49,695 bases of DNA from a virus (lineage: Duplodnaviria > Caudoviricetes). How positions within the stretch are numbered: the stretch's first letter is position 1; every line of letters starts with the position of its first letter. Below are positions 38,351 to 47,186 of this stretch, piece after piece. The translations under genes and the position numbers were made by a program. Under the pieces are notes generated by a model. That model was given only the letters and a program-made list of their open reading frames with translations, had not been told where the DNA came from and did not search any database. The stretch lies in IMG/VR virus record IMGVR_UViG_3300037286_000037, positions 1 to 49,695 of that record. One strand, given 5' to 3'.

Positions 38351-40119
38351 TAAAATCTCCACCCTAAACCATCTACTCTAGGTTCCCCGGTAGGAACTTC
38401 CTGAAAAACGCCGGGCAATTTTGCACGTGCAGATTGTAGATTTCCTGACACTTCCATAAAAGGTGTTGACCACTTTACATCAGTGATATTTAATAACACC
38501 CTATCAATCACAGGTTGATAATAATTTATAAACTGGGTTAAAGCATCGAACTGGTCATCTTTAACTGCATACGGAAAACCACAAACTTCATCCAAGAAAT
38601 CCTTACGCCATTGTGCTTCCCCACCATCAGCATCTTGCAACAACACAACACACCCAAGACTGGCAAGTTTCAAGGTATACTTACTTCGCAATTCCTTATC
38701 AGTATCAGGTGCAACTTTATGCAGGGTATGACCCTGTAATCTGGGCGAACTTCGCAGAGACTTAAAGCCTAAATTTTGTGAGGCTACTGCCTCTACTATC
38801 ATATCATACCCCACCCCATCTGTTATAGCTAATCGTTCTATATCGGTGGAGCTATCATTCCATTCTTTTTTCCATCTGACAACATCTTCAATCACAATAA
38901 GTACCGGCTGCATTATTCCGCTGGATGCCCCAAGTTCAAGTAACTTCGCATTAAACTGCTTTAATGCTTCTTTATCGGGAACATAAATGCTACCACGTAA
39001 GCCCACCGTGTAATCTGCATTACGTTCCGCAGACCAGGCAAGGTCATAAGACCTGGCTCTGACCAATGGCTTCACTCGCAATTCCTGTAATATATTTGCC
39101 GTAACCCCCCTGAACCACTGCCGCTGAAACTGTACCCCCTGAATAGTGGTAGGATTACCCTGATAAGCACATTCAAAATCGTGCTGTAATACCAGTTTAG
39201 TTTGCAGTAAAAAGGCTTTCGTATAATGAGTAGGCCAAAGAGCTTCACCTTTCGGTCTACCTAACGGGTCAGGAAATGCTGTCTTGGGGATAGTTTCAAC
39301 TGCCTGATTATATTCTTCCTCGGTTTGCCCCTCAAATCTATAATCATCTTCTACCCCGTAACTCAATGCTGGTAAATGCACTACTTCCCATTCATCAGCT
39401 TCCGGGGAACTTAAAATACGCCCAATCAAATCATCTTCGTGCCAACGGGTACACACAATAATGATACGGCCATTGGGGACAAGACGAGAGCGAGCCGCCA
39501 TCTTATACTCTTGATAAACTTTATCCCTATAGGTGGGGGATGCAGCGTGTTCAGCGGTTCGGAAAGGGTCATCTATAATTAAGCACCATGCTCCGAAACC
39601 TACGATACCACCCTGCATCCCCGTAGCCACTACATTTTCTCTGTTATTATTTACTGCCCAAATTTCAGCCCCACGCCGTTTTGGATTTATCACAACATCA
39701 GGAAAAATTTCTCGATACTTTGGGTTGTCAGCAATAGTGTCCCTGTTTTGAGTAGAGAATGTCCCGGCCAGAGTAGCATTGTGACCTACGATAATAAATG
39801 TTCTACCAGGGTCACGTCCTAAACACCATCCCGGAAACTTGCCGGAAACCGTTTCAGATTTTGAGTGCCTGAAAGGAAGCACTACAATTAACTTTTTAAT
39901 ATCTCCCCGTTCTATTGCCTCTAGTTTCCCAGTCAGTAATTTGATGTGAGGCGCATCTTCATATCCCACATCAATTTGCATATTGTAAGCAAGTAAGTCT
40001 GTACGGGCTAATGCAATTCTAGCTGCTTGTTTAACCAGAGATTTTTCTTCTTTTGTAAATTCGGGGAGACTATTATCAGTATTCAAATTATAATCCAATG
40101 TACCGTAATAACACATCAA
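38350..40119 (-). CDS. terL: Terminase large subunit (Terminase_6-like)
   Basis: APHI, PFRHSKS, IIDDP, TRWHEDDL, YQGNP, YDLA, FPYAVKDDQFDA; exact start uncertain. Confidence 0.93.
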   Translation of the reverse strand: MMCYYGTLDYNLNTDNSLPEFTKEEKSLVKQAARIALARTDLLAYNMQIDVGYEDAPHIKLLTGKLEAIERGDIKKLIVVLPFRHSKSETVSGKFPGWCLGRDPGRTFIIVGHNATLAGTFSTQNRDTIADNPKYREIFPDVVINPKRRGAEIWAVNNNRENVVATGMQGGIVGFGAWCLIIDDPFRTAEHAASPTYRDKVYQEYKMAARSRLVPNGRIIIVCTRWHEDDLIGRILSSPEADEWEVVHLPALSYGVEDDYRFEGQTEEEYNQAVETIPKTAFPDPLGRPKGEALWPTHYTKAFLLQTKLVLQHDFECAYQGNPTTIQGVQFQRQWFRGVTANILQELRVKPLVRARSYDLAWSAERNADYTVGLRGSIYVPDKEALKQFNAKLLELGASSGIMQPVLIVIEDVVRWKKEWNDSSTDIERLAITDGVGYDMIVEAVASQNLGFKSLRSSPRLQGHTLHKVAPDTDKELRSKYTLKLASLGCVVLLQDADGGEAQWRKDFLDEVCGFPYAVKDDQFDALTQFINYYQPVIDRVLLNITDVKWSTPFMEVSGNLQSARAKLPGVFQEVPTGEPRVDGLGWRF

Positions 40120-40411
40120 AAGGAATACTGTGGTATAACAACCCCACTAATGTAAATATACCCACAATTACCGGCACAGTCTCCCTGGGCCTGTGTCGTA
40201 GCAACCAGATAATTGAGGGGTTTTCAACCCGAATTTTTTCTAACTCTTTTACCCGATTATCAATGTTATTTAACTGGTCTTGAATACACTTCAAATCTTT
40301 GTAACTTTCCTTTACCACGGCAAGAATAACCCTGGGAAGAACTTGCGGGTCTATTGTTTCCGGGTCGTCTGCCAAATCTAATAGTAATCGTCCGTGGTCG
40401 CTAGTTGCCAC
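40088..40411 (-). CDS. Small coiled-coil protein with C-terminal TM (holin/XhlA-like)
   Basis: AGGAG SD; IDNRVKELE coil; VPVIVGIFTLVGLLY. Confidence 0.55.
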   Translation of the reverse strand: MATSDHGRLLLDLADDPETIDPQVLPRVILAVVKESYKDLKCIQDQLNNIDNRVKELEKIRVENPSIIWLLRHRPRETVPVIVGIFTLVGLLYHSIPFDVLLRYIGL

Positions 40412-40427
40412 AATAGTCTCCTAAGAG

Positions 40428-40721
40428 CTATGCCGCTACCAGGTTAACTACCGCTTGCCAATTAGGGAACATAGCTTCCTCAACAGCAACAGGTACACCA
40501 CTGGGGGACACAGCTAAGATTTTGAATTTTACATTATATTGCTCCATCAACTCTTTAATCTTTTCGGCTGCTTCCTGCTGCCGTTCCTGTCGTTCCTGAA
40601 TTTCCCATTCTTTGTATTTCTGAGCGTCATCTTTAGAGTACATCACTTGCCCCCTTAAATTAGTGGGGGGTTTCAAAGCCCCCCATTGTTTATACTTTTC
40701 AGCTTCTTTTTTTGAATACAT
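40428..40721 (-). CDS. Hypothetical protein with duplicated N-terminal motif (possible fibre chaperone)
   Basis: MYSKKEAEKYKQW and MYSKDDAQKYKEW. Confidence 0.6.
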   Translation of the reverse strand: MYSKKEAEKYKQWGALKPPTNLRGQVMYSKDDAQKYKEWEIQERQERQQEAAEKIKELMEQYNVKFKILAVSPSGVPVAVEEAMFPNWQAVVNLVAA

Positions 40722-40735
40722 CAGTTCAATTATTG

Positions 40736-41677
40736 TTACGCAGGTTGAGTAGCATAAGCCGGAACATAGTACGGGGTAGCCCCGACATCAATACGAATAT
40801 AGGCACTGGGGTTAGCTCCAACTACGTTGTTAGTAAACGTTCCCACCGTAACAGCACCCTTGCCACTGGCGCTAACTTTAACCAATGCCGTAGCTGCCAT
40901 ATCAGTATACAACACGTTGGTAAGTACGGAAGTACCGGACATATTAGCATCATCTACCATTTTAATACCATCACCATACGTGCGGCTGCCACCATCCATA
41001 TCACCCAACCGGATAATCACACCACTGACTGCGGTGTAATCGGCCATCTTGCCACCAGTGACTTTACATAACAACGGAGTAACTTCCGTAGCGGTCAAGT
41101 CAGTGGCCCGGCTAGCGTCCATAGTAAACTCTGCTTGCACAGCATAGGCAGTAGTAATGGTTTCAGCGGTATCACCCTTTACATAATTGTAAACAAGAAT
41201 ACCCTTACTGTCTACTACACCTACCGCATTTTGCACAGCATAAATCTCTGCCCCCATCAGGGTGTGGGTTGCACCATCAGCAGTAGCTTCCGTACGAAAA
41301 TATAATCCCTTGAAGGAACTACCTACACCCGTCCAATCAGATATTGTTTGCCGTAATTCTATTGCTTCTCCATAAGTGTAAGTAGCCCCAATAGCAAGGG
41401 CTGCCCCAGCAGCACTACCAGTAGCCACTCGTCCATTTAAGATAAGCACATCAGTGACCGCATTACCGTGGGTAAGATTGCCGTTAAACGTGGCAGCACC
41501 GGCCACAGTCAAAGTGCTGTCCAACGTAGTAGCTCCGGTCACATCTAACGTGCTAGGCAAATCCAACGCCCCAGTACTGGGGGTCAGCGTAACCCCACCT
41601 AACAAATCATAAATTGCATCCGCTTTGGCTTGATATGCCCATGCCGGGCTTTTCCATCTATCTCTTACAGAACTCAT
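40736..41677 (-). CDS. Putative head/whisker fibre protein
   Basis: GGAGGGG SD; LDVTGATTLDSTLTVAGAATFNGNL beta repeats; A/G/T-rich; YIRIDV..TPYYVPAY end. Confidence 0.6.
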   Translation of the reverse strand: MSSVRDRWKSPAWAYQAKADAIYDLLGGVTLTPSTGALDLPSTLDVTGATTLDSTLTVAGAATFNGNLTHGNAVTDVLILNGRVATGSAAGAALAIGATYTYGEAIELRQTISDWTGVGSSFKGLYFRTEATADGATHTLMGAEIYAVQNAVGVVDSKGILVYNYVKGDTAETITTAYAVQAEFTMDASRATDLTATEVTPLLCKVTGGKMADYTAVSGVIIRLGDMDGGSRTYGDGIKMVDDANMSGTSVLTNVLYTDMAATALVKVSASGKGAVTVGTFTNNVVGANPSAYIRIDVGATPYYVPAYATQPA

Positions 41678-41740
41678 TTTCCCCTCCAATTAACTTCATT
41701 TACAAATGAAGTCTTTTGCATAAGCAAAAGTAATCAATAT

Positions 41741-41962
41741 TTAACCCCCAAATTTCAGGGCAGTACGCCCTTCAATATATTTCCATAAGGGAGCCGCAGC
41801 AATTATCAACGCTGTAATTGCCTTCACCGCTTCCGTAATGGCTACTGATAAACTTTCTACTTCATCCTGTGACAGCGCCCCAAAAATTACCATCAGCGGC
41901 AACATTTGAAATGCTACAGTCAACCAAAATTCTGTAGTTTTCCATCCAGGTTTCACACTCAT
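41741..41962 (-). CDS. Putative holin
   Basis: 73 aa, KPGWKTTEFW start, two hydrophobic segments, AGGAG SD. Confidence 0.6.
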   Translation of the reverse strand: MSVKPGWKTTEFWLTVAFQMLPLMVIFGALSQDEVESLSVAITEAVKAITALIIAAAPLWKYIEGRTALKFGG

Positions 41963-41976
41963 ATTACACTCCTATA

Positions 41977-42459
41977 TTATTGATTTCGCATATTCTCATA
42001 ATAAACTTTAATACTTAAAACTTCGTCATCCGTTGCACCACTGTTGATGCTGGTCGCAGACGTAAGTTTGAACACACACCACAAGTTAGCTAACCGGGGA
42101 AATGGAATATCCAGTCCTGATTTAAGCGCCACCCCACCATTAGCATCCGTAACCCAATCCCCCGCAGCTACAGTTACTGTACCCACGGCCCTACCCCAGG
42201 CAGTAGAAGTCAAAGCCGTATCGCCTACAGCACATATCGGGTCTGCCGTGAAAAATACCAGTACCCCGGCAACACTCAAAATAGCTCCGGCATCAAGTTC
42301 AACCTGTGATAAAATCAAAGACTTGATAATGCCCCCCGCAGCAGATATAGATACCGGAATAGCTGTACCTGCACCATATTCATTTTGAGCTACGGTTTCA
42401 TTTGCACCAACAAGTTCAGTTAAGGCGCTTTCAATAATCCAATCTCGGCTTGTTACCAT
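41977..42459 (-). CDS. Putative virion structural protein
   Basis: 160 aa beta-rich, A/G/T/V-rich, in late operon. Confidence 0.5.
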   Translation of the reverse strand: MVTSRDWIIESALTELVGANETVAQNEYGAGTAIPVSISAAGGIIKSLILSQVELDAGAILSVAGVLVFFTADPICAVGDTALTSTAWGRAVGTVTVAAGDWVTDANGGVALKSGLDIPFPRLANLWCVFKLTSATSINSGATDDEVLSIKVYYENMRNQ

Positions 42460-42460
42460 C

Positions 42461-42979
42461 TTATTCTCCTAGTATACCTGCATAGTCAATTGTGCCATTG
42501 CGTACCCCCGATGGAAAATCCGCCAATTCCACCAACTGTTGTTTATCCAAATCTGCTAATCTATCCACCAGCTTATTTATGGTTATATTATTTTGGGTAC
42601 GGTTATCTACCAGCAAAGCAGGTCGCAATAGTTGTTTAATGGAATTTTCGTAATTTAACAGGACTTCTAAAACCTTAATCAAATCCTTCAAAGCCGCATC
42701 AGGTAACTTTGATTTGATTTGTATAATAATATCATCCCGCAAATTGGCAATACCGGCAACGTTGGTGGGGACAAGCGTGCGTAGGTCATCGGTTGATATG
42801 ATAACATTCGAGGCATCTGAGGAAACTTCGGAGATAATCGCTTGGGTAGGCGATTGAGGTTGCCAATCAGTTTTTTTAACCCGATTGACATAACTCTTAG
42901 AAATGCCTAGCTCTGTTGCCACCACATCAACGTTGCCATTATATTGTGTAAGCAATGATATTACTTGTTCTTTAACCAT
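42461..42979 (-). CDS. Putative terminase small subunit (N-terminal HTH)
   Basis: GNVDVVATELGISKSYVNRV HTH; DNRTQNNITIN tail; first gene after late promoter; start moved to ATG 42979. Confidence 0.6.
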   Translation of the reverse strand: MVKEQVISLLTQYNGNVDVVATELGISKSYVNRVKKTDWQPQSPTQAIISEVSSDASNVIISTDDLRTLVPTNVAGIANLRDDIIIQIKSKLPDAALKDLIKVLEVLLNYENSIKQLLRPALLVDNRTQNNITINKLVDRLADLDKQQLVELADFPSGVRNGTIDYAGILGE

Positions 42980-42984
42980 AAATA

Positions 42985-43028
42985 AAAAGACCCTATAGTA
43001 ATATACCATATAAGGTCTTTTATGTCAA
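42985..43028 (-). promoter_or_regulatory. Consensus sigma70 promoter for the morphogenesis operon overlapped by a 13 bp inverted repeat
   Basis: TTGACA (43028-43023), 17 bp spacer ending TGG, TATATT (43005-43000); arms 42985-42997 and 43009-43021 match 12/13. Confidence 0.8.
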
Positions 43029-43054
43029 TCTTCCTGAACGGCTTTAATGCAGTT

Positions 43055-43414
43055 TTAATCTAACCCACTGTCTAATACCTTAAACATCTCAGGTTCAAGT
43101 TCAACTCCACCCACATCAAGGGATTTAGTTGCCCGTTGCATCCCGGTCAGAGCCTTGTTTTGTATGGTAAATGCCTTATCCAGATTAGCCATGTTCTCCT
43201 GCATGTTAGCTGCAAATCGCTTCTGTTCTGCCCTGTCTCGTAAAGTATCGTACACAATATCCATAGATTTGAAAGTGATAAAAATAGTCAAGGTAGCAAT
43301 TACCGCCAAAGTGAATATAGCAATCAAATTACCGGCAGCAGCTAAGTAACCAATCCAAATCAACATCCCCGTAAACACTAAAAACATACAAAACAACATC
43401 GACCACACATTCAT
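43055..43414 (-). CDS. Two-TM membrane protein with coiled-coil tail
   Basis: GAGGA SD before ATG 43414; two long hydrophobic helices. Confidence 0.65.
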   Translation of the reverse strand: MNVWSMLFCMFLVFTGMLIWIGYLAAAGNLIAIFTLAVIATLTIFITFKSMDIVYDTLRDRAEQKRFAANMQENMANLDKAFTIQNKALTGMQRATKSLDVGGVELEPEMFKVLDSGLD

Positions 43415-43421
43415 CACATCC

Positions 43422-43982
43422 TCAACTTTTGTTTCGCTGCTCAACGGCCCGTAATCTGGCTTCAATTACAGCTAATCGCTCCCCAAGCGGCATTACCCCC
43501 CGCCTGCGTAACTGAAAAGTGAAGTGCAACCCCCCATGTTCCTTAGTCATGCCCGCACCCCGAATGACTACACTGGAATAATTGGGTTCAAACACAAATA
43601 CACTCACTCCACCCTGCTCCCCCTGTTTAATAATACCCTCTGCTCCTAACACAAGGTCTGTTTCACCACCCCCGGAAGTGTGAGTAACTACTGCCCGACG
43701 AGGAAACGGGGGAAACCACTGAAAAGAACCATCCACAAACAACACATCTGCCGTGCTAAATGACCATGCAACCTTAATATTGGGAATAGGGAACCCGTTC
43801 TCATCAACTACCAAAACTTTCAGACGTTGCCCCTCAAATCCAGCCCCGAAAGTGGGCCGAACATCCGTTAGGTGGAACTGGCCGTGTTGGGTAGGCTCTG
43901 CCGGGTACAGTTCCAGCCCCGGATACATATTAAAAACGTCCGCCGGAATAGATTGCAAAGGGTTTAATTGTTCAAACATCAT
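43422..43982 (-). CDS. Hypothetical beta-sandwich (carboxypeptidase-regulatory-like) protein
   Basis: VLVVDENGFPIPNIKV...GAGM..EH..LHFTFQ; short C-terminal coil. Confidence 0.6.
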   Translation of the reverse strand: MMFEQLNPLQSIPADVFNMYPGLELYPAEPTQHGQFHLTDVRPTFGAGFEGQRLKVLVVDENGFPIPNIKVAWSFSTADVLFVDGSFQWFPPFPRRAVVTHTSGGGETDLVLGAEGIIKQGEQGGVSVFVFEPNYSSVVIRGAGMTKEHGGLHFTFQLRRRGVMPLGERLAVIEARLRAVEQRNKS

Positions 43983-45375
43983 TATTCTCCATAAATTTGT
44001 CTAAATACATCCCATCATTTTGTCTTAACTCGTCTAAATACTGTTGAAACTTTATAGCTGCCTGTTGCGTGCGCTTATGAGCAGTTTCCTTGTACTCTAA
44101 ATACTCCTCTGCCATCTTTGCAGAGATACTTTCCGGGCCATTATAGTGATACCAGGCTAATCCCCGCACATCAGGCTCTATTCTAGGCCGGTGGGGGGAT
44201 GTTTTGGGAATAGTAACAGGGCCAACACCCGGTAAATCAGGTAAGGTTAGTAGCTTAGTAGCCTTATTTAAGGTAGCTGTGTAGGTTCTAGGGGCTAAAG
44301 CAGCTAAAAAACGGAAACTTCTACCTCTGGTAATGTGAATAAAATCCCCTCTACTGGTCAACCGATGCAAATTAAGCCCCGCCCCCAACTGTCCTGATAC
44401 TGCGGCAGTAGCTTGCTTGCCTAAAAACCTGTTATCCAGTTCATCTTTCACCGCACCCAAGCTGGCAGCATCAGGTTTATGGGTAGCTACCAACAAATTT
44501 ACCTTAAATGCCCGGCCCTGGTTGCTAATATTCAACACCCGCAGTAAATTTTCCTGGTTGCCCAGGATATTTTGCCGGTCTGCTTCATCAATTACCAGCA
44601 AAATTCGGCGTTCATCCCGTAAATTTTTACCGATGCGCTGTTCAAGCACTTCATTAGTGTAATAAAACGCTCTGGCAATATCATGTGTAGTGTGGCAAAG
44701 GTGGGTAATCTGGTGTTCCTGATATATAAAATCCTCATAATCCCGTTTAGGGTCTACAATAATTATTCCTAAATCATCCGGGGTATAAGTACGAGCAAGC
44801 GCACATAAAATAGTTCGCACCAACTCGGATTTACCACTGTCAGTCATCCCCGCTACTAAAGCATGAGGAGCATCATCAAAATCAAACTTCACTTTAATTC
44901 CTTGCGCCCCTACCCCTATATCTGCCCCGAAAAGATTTGAATTATCAAAGGATATTTCTTCCCACAGACTTAATATTCTATCACCAACTTCCACTTTACG
45001 GGGAATTTGAAATTGGTAATACAAATAATGACCCAAAGGTACGGGAATAATAGGGGGTTCCGGGGAACCATCCCCCAATCCGGCAGCATACCCAATTGGG
45101 GCGGCTTGTTTAATGGCATTAGAATAATCCTGAGAATTTTTTAACCGCACCCCAATGCCAATGTAGCGGGGAGCAGAATACCAATGAGCTACTTTAGCCC
45201 CAATCCTAGCCTGGGACAATACTAGCGCCACCATTTGTGAATATTTTTTGGCCTGCTCCGTTAAAATGAATTGTCTCAAGGCGATGTCATCCAGGGTTTG
45301 TAGTCTGGTTTGCATTAGAGACGTTGATGACACTGGCAACGATTTTTTCTTTTTAACCAGGTTCAGTAAGTTCAT
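43972..45375 (-). CDS. FtsK/SpoIIIE-family ATPase (DNA translocase-like)
   Basis: PHALVAGMTDSGKS, IIIVDPK, LLVIDEA, GRAFKVNLLVATHKP, NRF, RGDF. Confidence 0.9.
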   Translation of the reverse strand: MNLLNLVKKKKSLPVSSTSLMQTRLQTLDDIALRQFILTEQAKKYSQMVALVLSQARIGAKVAHWYSAPRYIGIGVRLKNSQDYSNAIKQAAPIGYAAGLGDGSPEPPIIPVPLGHYLYYQFQIPRKVEVGDRILSLWEEISFDNSNLFGADIGVGAQGIKVKFDFDDAPHALVAGMTDSGKSELVRTILCALARTYTPDDLGIIIVDPKRDYEDFIYQEHQITHLCHTTHDIARAFYYTNEVLEQRIGKNLRDERRILLVIDEADRQNILGNQENLLRVLNISNQGRAFKVNLLVATHKPDAASLGAVKDELDNRFLGKQATAAVSGQLGAGLNLHRLTSRGDFIHITRGRSFRFLAALAPRTYTATLNKATKLLTLPDLPGVGPVTIPKTSPHRPRIEPDVRGLAWYHYNGPESISAKMAEEYLEYKETAHKRTQQAAIKFQQYLDELRQNDGMYLDKFMENNDV

Positions 45376-45377
45376 AA

Positions 45378-45665
45378 TTAACTTGTTTCTATTTCTGCCA
45401 ACAACTGTTTATTTAATTGTCGTCTTTGGTCACGCAGTATTAAACGAGCCTCACCCTGCAAAACTGTTAATTTCAACTGTTTGTGCTGCATATCCAATTT
45501 AGCTTGTGCCCACCCTGCATATAATTGAATTACATCCAACAAAACAGTTTTCAAAATAGCGGCAAATTTCTGGAATAAAATCAAACACACTGCAATACAA
45601 CCAAGCCAAGCAAAAACACTTAGCCACGCTGCCAAAACACTTGTAAAAGTTACAATTGTCAGCAT
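45378..45665 (-). CDS. Membrane-anchored coiled-coil protein
   Basis: Long hydrophobic N-terminus; ends 2 bp before FtsK start. Confidence 0.65.
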   Translation of the reverse strand: MLTIVTFTSVLAAWLSVFAWLGCIAVCLILFQKFAAILKTVLLDVIQLYAGWAQAKLDMQHKQLKLTVLQGEARLILRDQRRQLNKQLLAEIETS

Positions 45666-45671
45666 AATAAA

Positions 45672-45917
45672 TCACTCCCTCGTATCTAAATCCTCAAATA
45701 ATGTGGCAAGAAATATATCTATACAATCCAGCAAGTTTGAGGCCATTGCAAAAGAACCTGCAATCGTCTTGGGAAATTGATTGTAATCTGTAACAGGTAC
45801 ACGTACCATTAAAGTATATACCACATCATCAGACAGTGTAGACGTTCCCCGAATTAACTCTACCGGCCACACTTCCGGCAAATCTGCATAATCAAATTCA
45901 TTATCATCGTGTTCCAT
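45672..45917 (-). CDS. Small acidic hypothetical protein
   Basis: GGAG SD, overlaps upstream gene. Confidence 0.6.
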   Translation of the reverse strand: MEHDDNEFDYADLPEVWPVELIRGTSTLSDDVVYTLMVRVPVTDYNQFPKTIAGSFAMASNLLDCIDIFLATLFEDLDTRE

Positions 45918-46740
45918 TTGTTATCTCCAACACATCTAACCTGATAGTTTCAGCAGATACATTCCAACGATTTGCCAATTCCGTTGGAGAAATATGCACA
46001 TGCTTTTGCAACATCTCTTTAAGAAGTTTATGCCGTTCCATTTTACTAACCTTCGGCCCCCCGGCATCTTCCAACTTCTTACGATAACTCAACATCTTTT
46101 GTTCCCGCTTCAAATCCTGTTCCTTAACTTTTTCTTCTCTTTCCCATTCCAACCGCCGGGCATAGGCATCAATCTCCGCTAACCGCTGTTGTTCTTTTGA
46201 GTGCCATTCCGCTTCCAATACCCGGCGATGTTGAAGCTGCCTGTCTCTGAGGGAATTTCCCAACCCCACCATCATATAAAACCCAACAGAAAACAGAGGA
46301 GTAGCTACTGCAATTGCCCGAACAATCCCAGAAAAAGCATCTTCGTAGTATACCATTACTCCTACAACCACGATATAAGTTATCATTACCACAACAGCAA
46401 TTCCAAGTTCGTCTCTATCCGCCAGCTTAAGTTTGTGAGCCTGCCATAATCCCACCACTGTTTTACTGGAAAACATACCCAGGGCTTCCATCCCCAACCC
46501 AATCAACCCGGCTACAAACACAATTACCCAGGTCAGGTTAGGAAAAACCTGATGAGCCACATTATAAGCCGCCACAGCCACCAAAGTAGCAGGCAAAGCG
46601 GGTAAAGATAACATCCCCAGGACTTCAAAGATGGCCTGAATAGTGTGGGTAATTGTATATGTACCATGTTCTTCCACTTCCCGAATATTTGCCAGAGTAT
46701 TACGAAGTGTAACAACCCAACCGGAATTTATACTATTCAT
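45904..46740 (-). CDS. Four-TM membrane protein with coiled coil and C-terminal DeoR-type HTH
   Basis: Four hydrophobic helices; E/R/K-rich coil; ISPTELANRWNVSAETIRLDV. Confidence 0.75.
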   Translation of the reverse strand: MNSINSGWVVTLRNTLANIREVEEHGTYTITHTIQAIFEVLGMLSLPALPATLVAVAAYNVAHQVFPNLTWVIVFVAGLIGLGMEALGMFSSKTVVGLWQAHKLKLADRDELGIAVVVMITYIVVVGVMVYYEDAFSGIVRAIAVATPLFSVGFYMMVGLGNSLRDRQLQHRRVLEAEWHSKEQQRLAEIDAYARRLEWEREEKVKEQDLKREQKMLSYRKKLEDAGGPKVSKMERHKLLKEMLQKHVHISPTELANRWNVSAETIRLDVLEITNGTR

Positions 46741-46975
46741 TACTTTCCTCAAGTGTTCTAATCAGAGACACGAAATCTGCAACAAGTTCATTTAGACCAG
46801 GATAGTGCCAAACATTACCACCAGAAGAATACGCATAACCACCCACAGACAATTTCAGCCCAAAATTAGTTTCTGTGTCATCAGGGTCAGCTACATCCTG
46901 ACACCCTAAAGTAAAATCATACCCCATTTGCAAACACCGTTCAACACATTTATAAAAAATTTCTTGTTTACTCAT
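46733..46975 (-). CDS. Hypothetical protein
   Basis: Overlaps both neighbours in operon fashion; start at ATG 46975 inferred. Confidence 0.55.
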   Translation of the reverse strand: MSKQEIFYKCVERCLQMGYDFTLGCQDVADPDDTETNFGLKLSVGGYAYSSGGNVWHYPGLNELVADFVSLIRTLEESNE

Positions 46976-47186
46976 CGGATAAACTCTCATTTTCTATAGC
47001 CGCAATAATTAAAGGTGTTTTGATATAATTAAATTCCGCTAACCTGCGTAACACAGCATCCCGTAAGAACTCCGCCCGGTTACGGTACGGAAAATCCTCT
47101 GGGTTAAAACTACGCTGCTTAACAGAGAAAACAAGGCGGTCTAACCTGTCAAGGGCCGGTTGGGGTAAATCAAAACTTACTTTCAT
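46968..47186 (-). CDS. Ribbon-helix-helix (CopG-like) regulator
   Basis: MKVSFDLPQPALDRLDRLV...YRNRAEFLRDAV. Confidence 0.75.
   Translation of the reverse strand: MKVSFDLPQPALDRLDRLVFSVKQRSFNPEDFPYRNRAEFLRDAVLRRLAEFNYIKTPLIIAAIENESLSDE

Noticed and set aside
39860-39890. Terminase Walker A PFRHSKS (usually PPRHGKS) as a sign of inactivation
   Set aside because: Lys/Ser and the other motifs are intact; probably a tolerated variant
42980-43009. ORF-track start at 43009 for the TerS-like gene
   Set aside because: Lies inside the promoter spacer, upstream of the predicted transcription start; ATG 42979 fits better
43972-45375. FtsK as the genome-packaging ATPase
   Set aside because: A canonical terminase and portal are present
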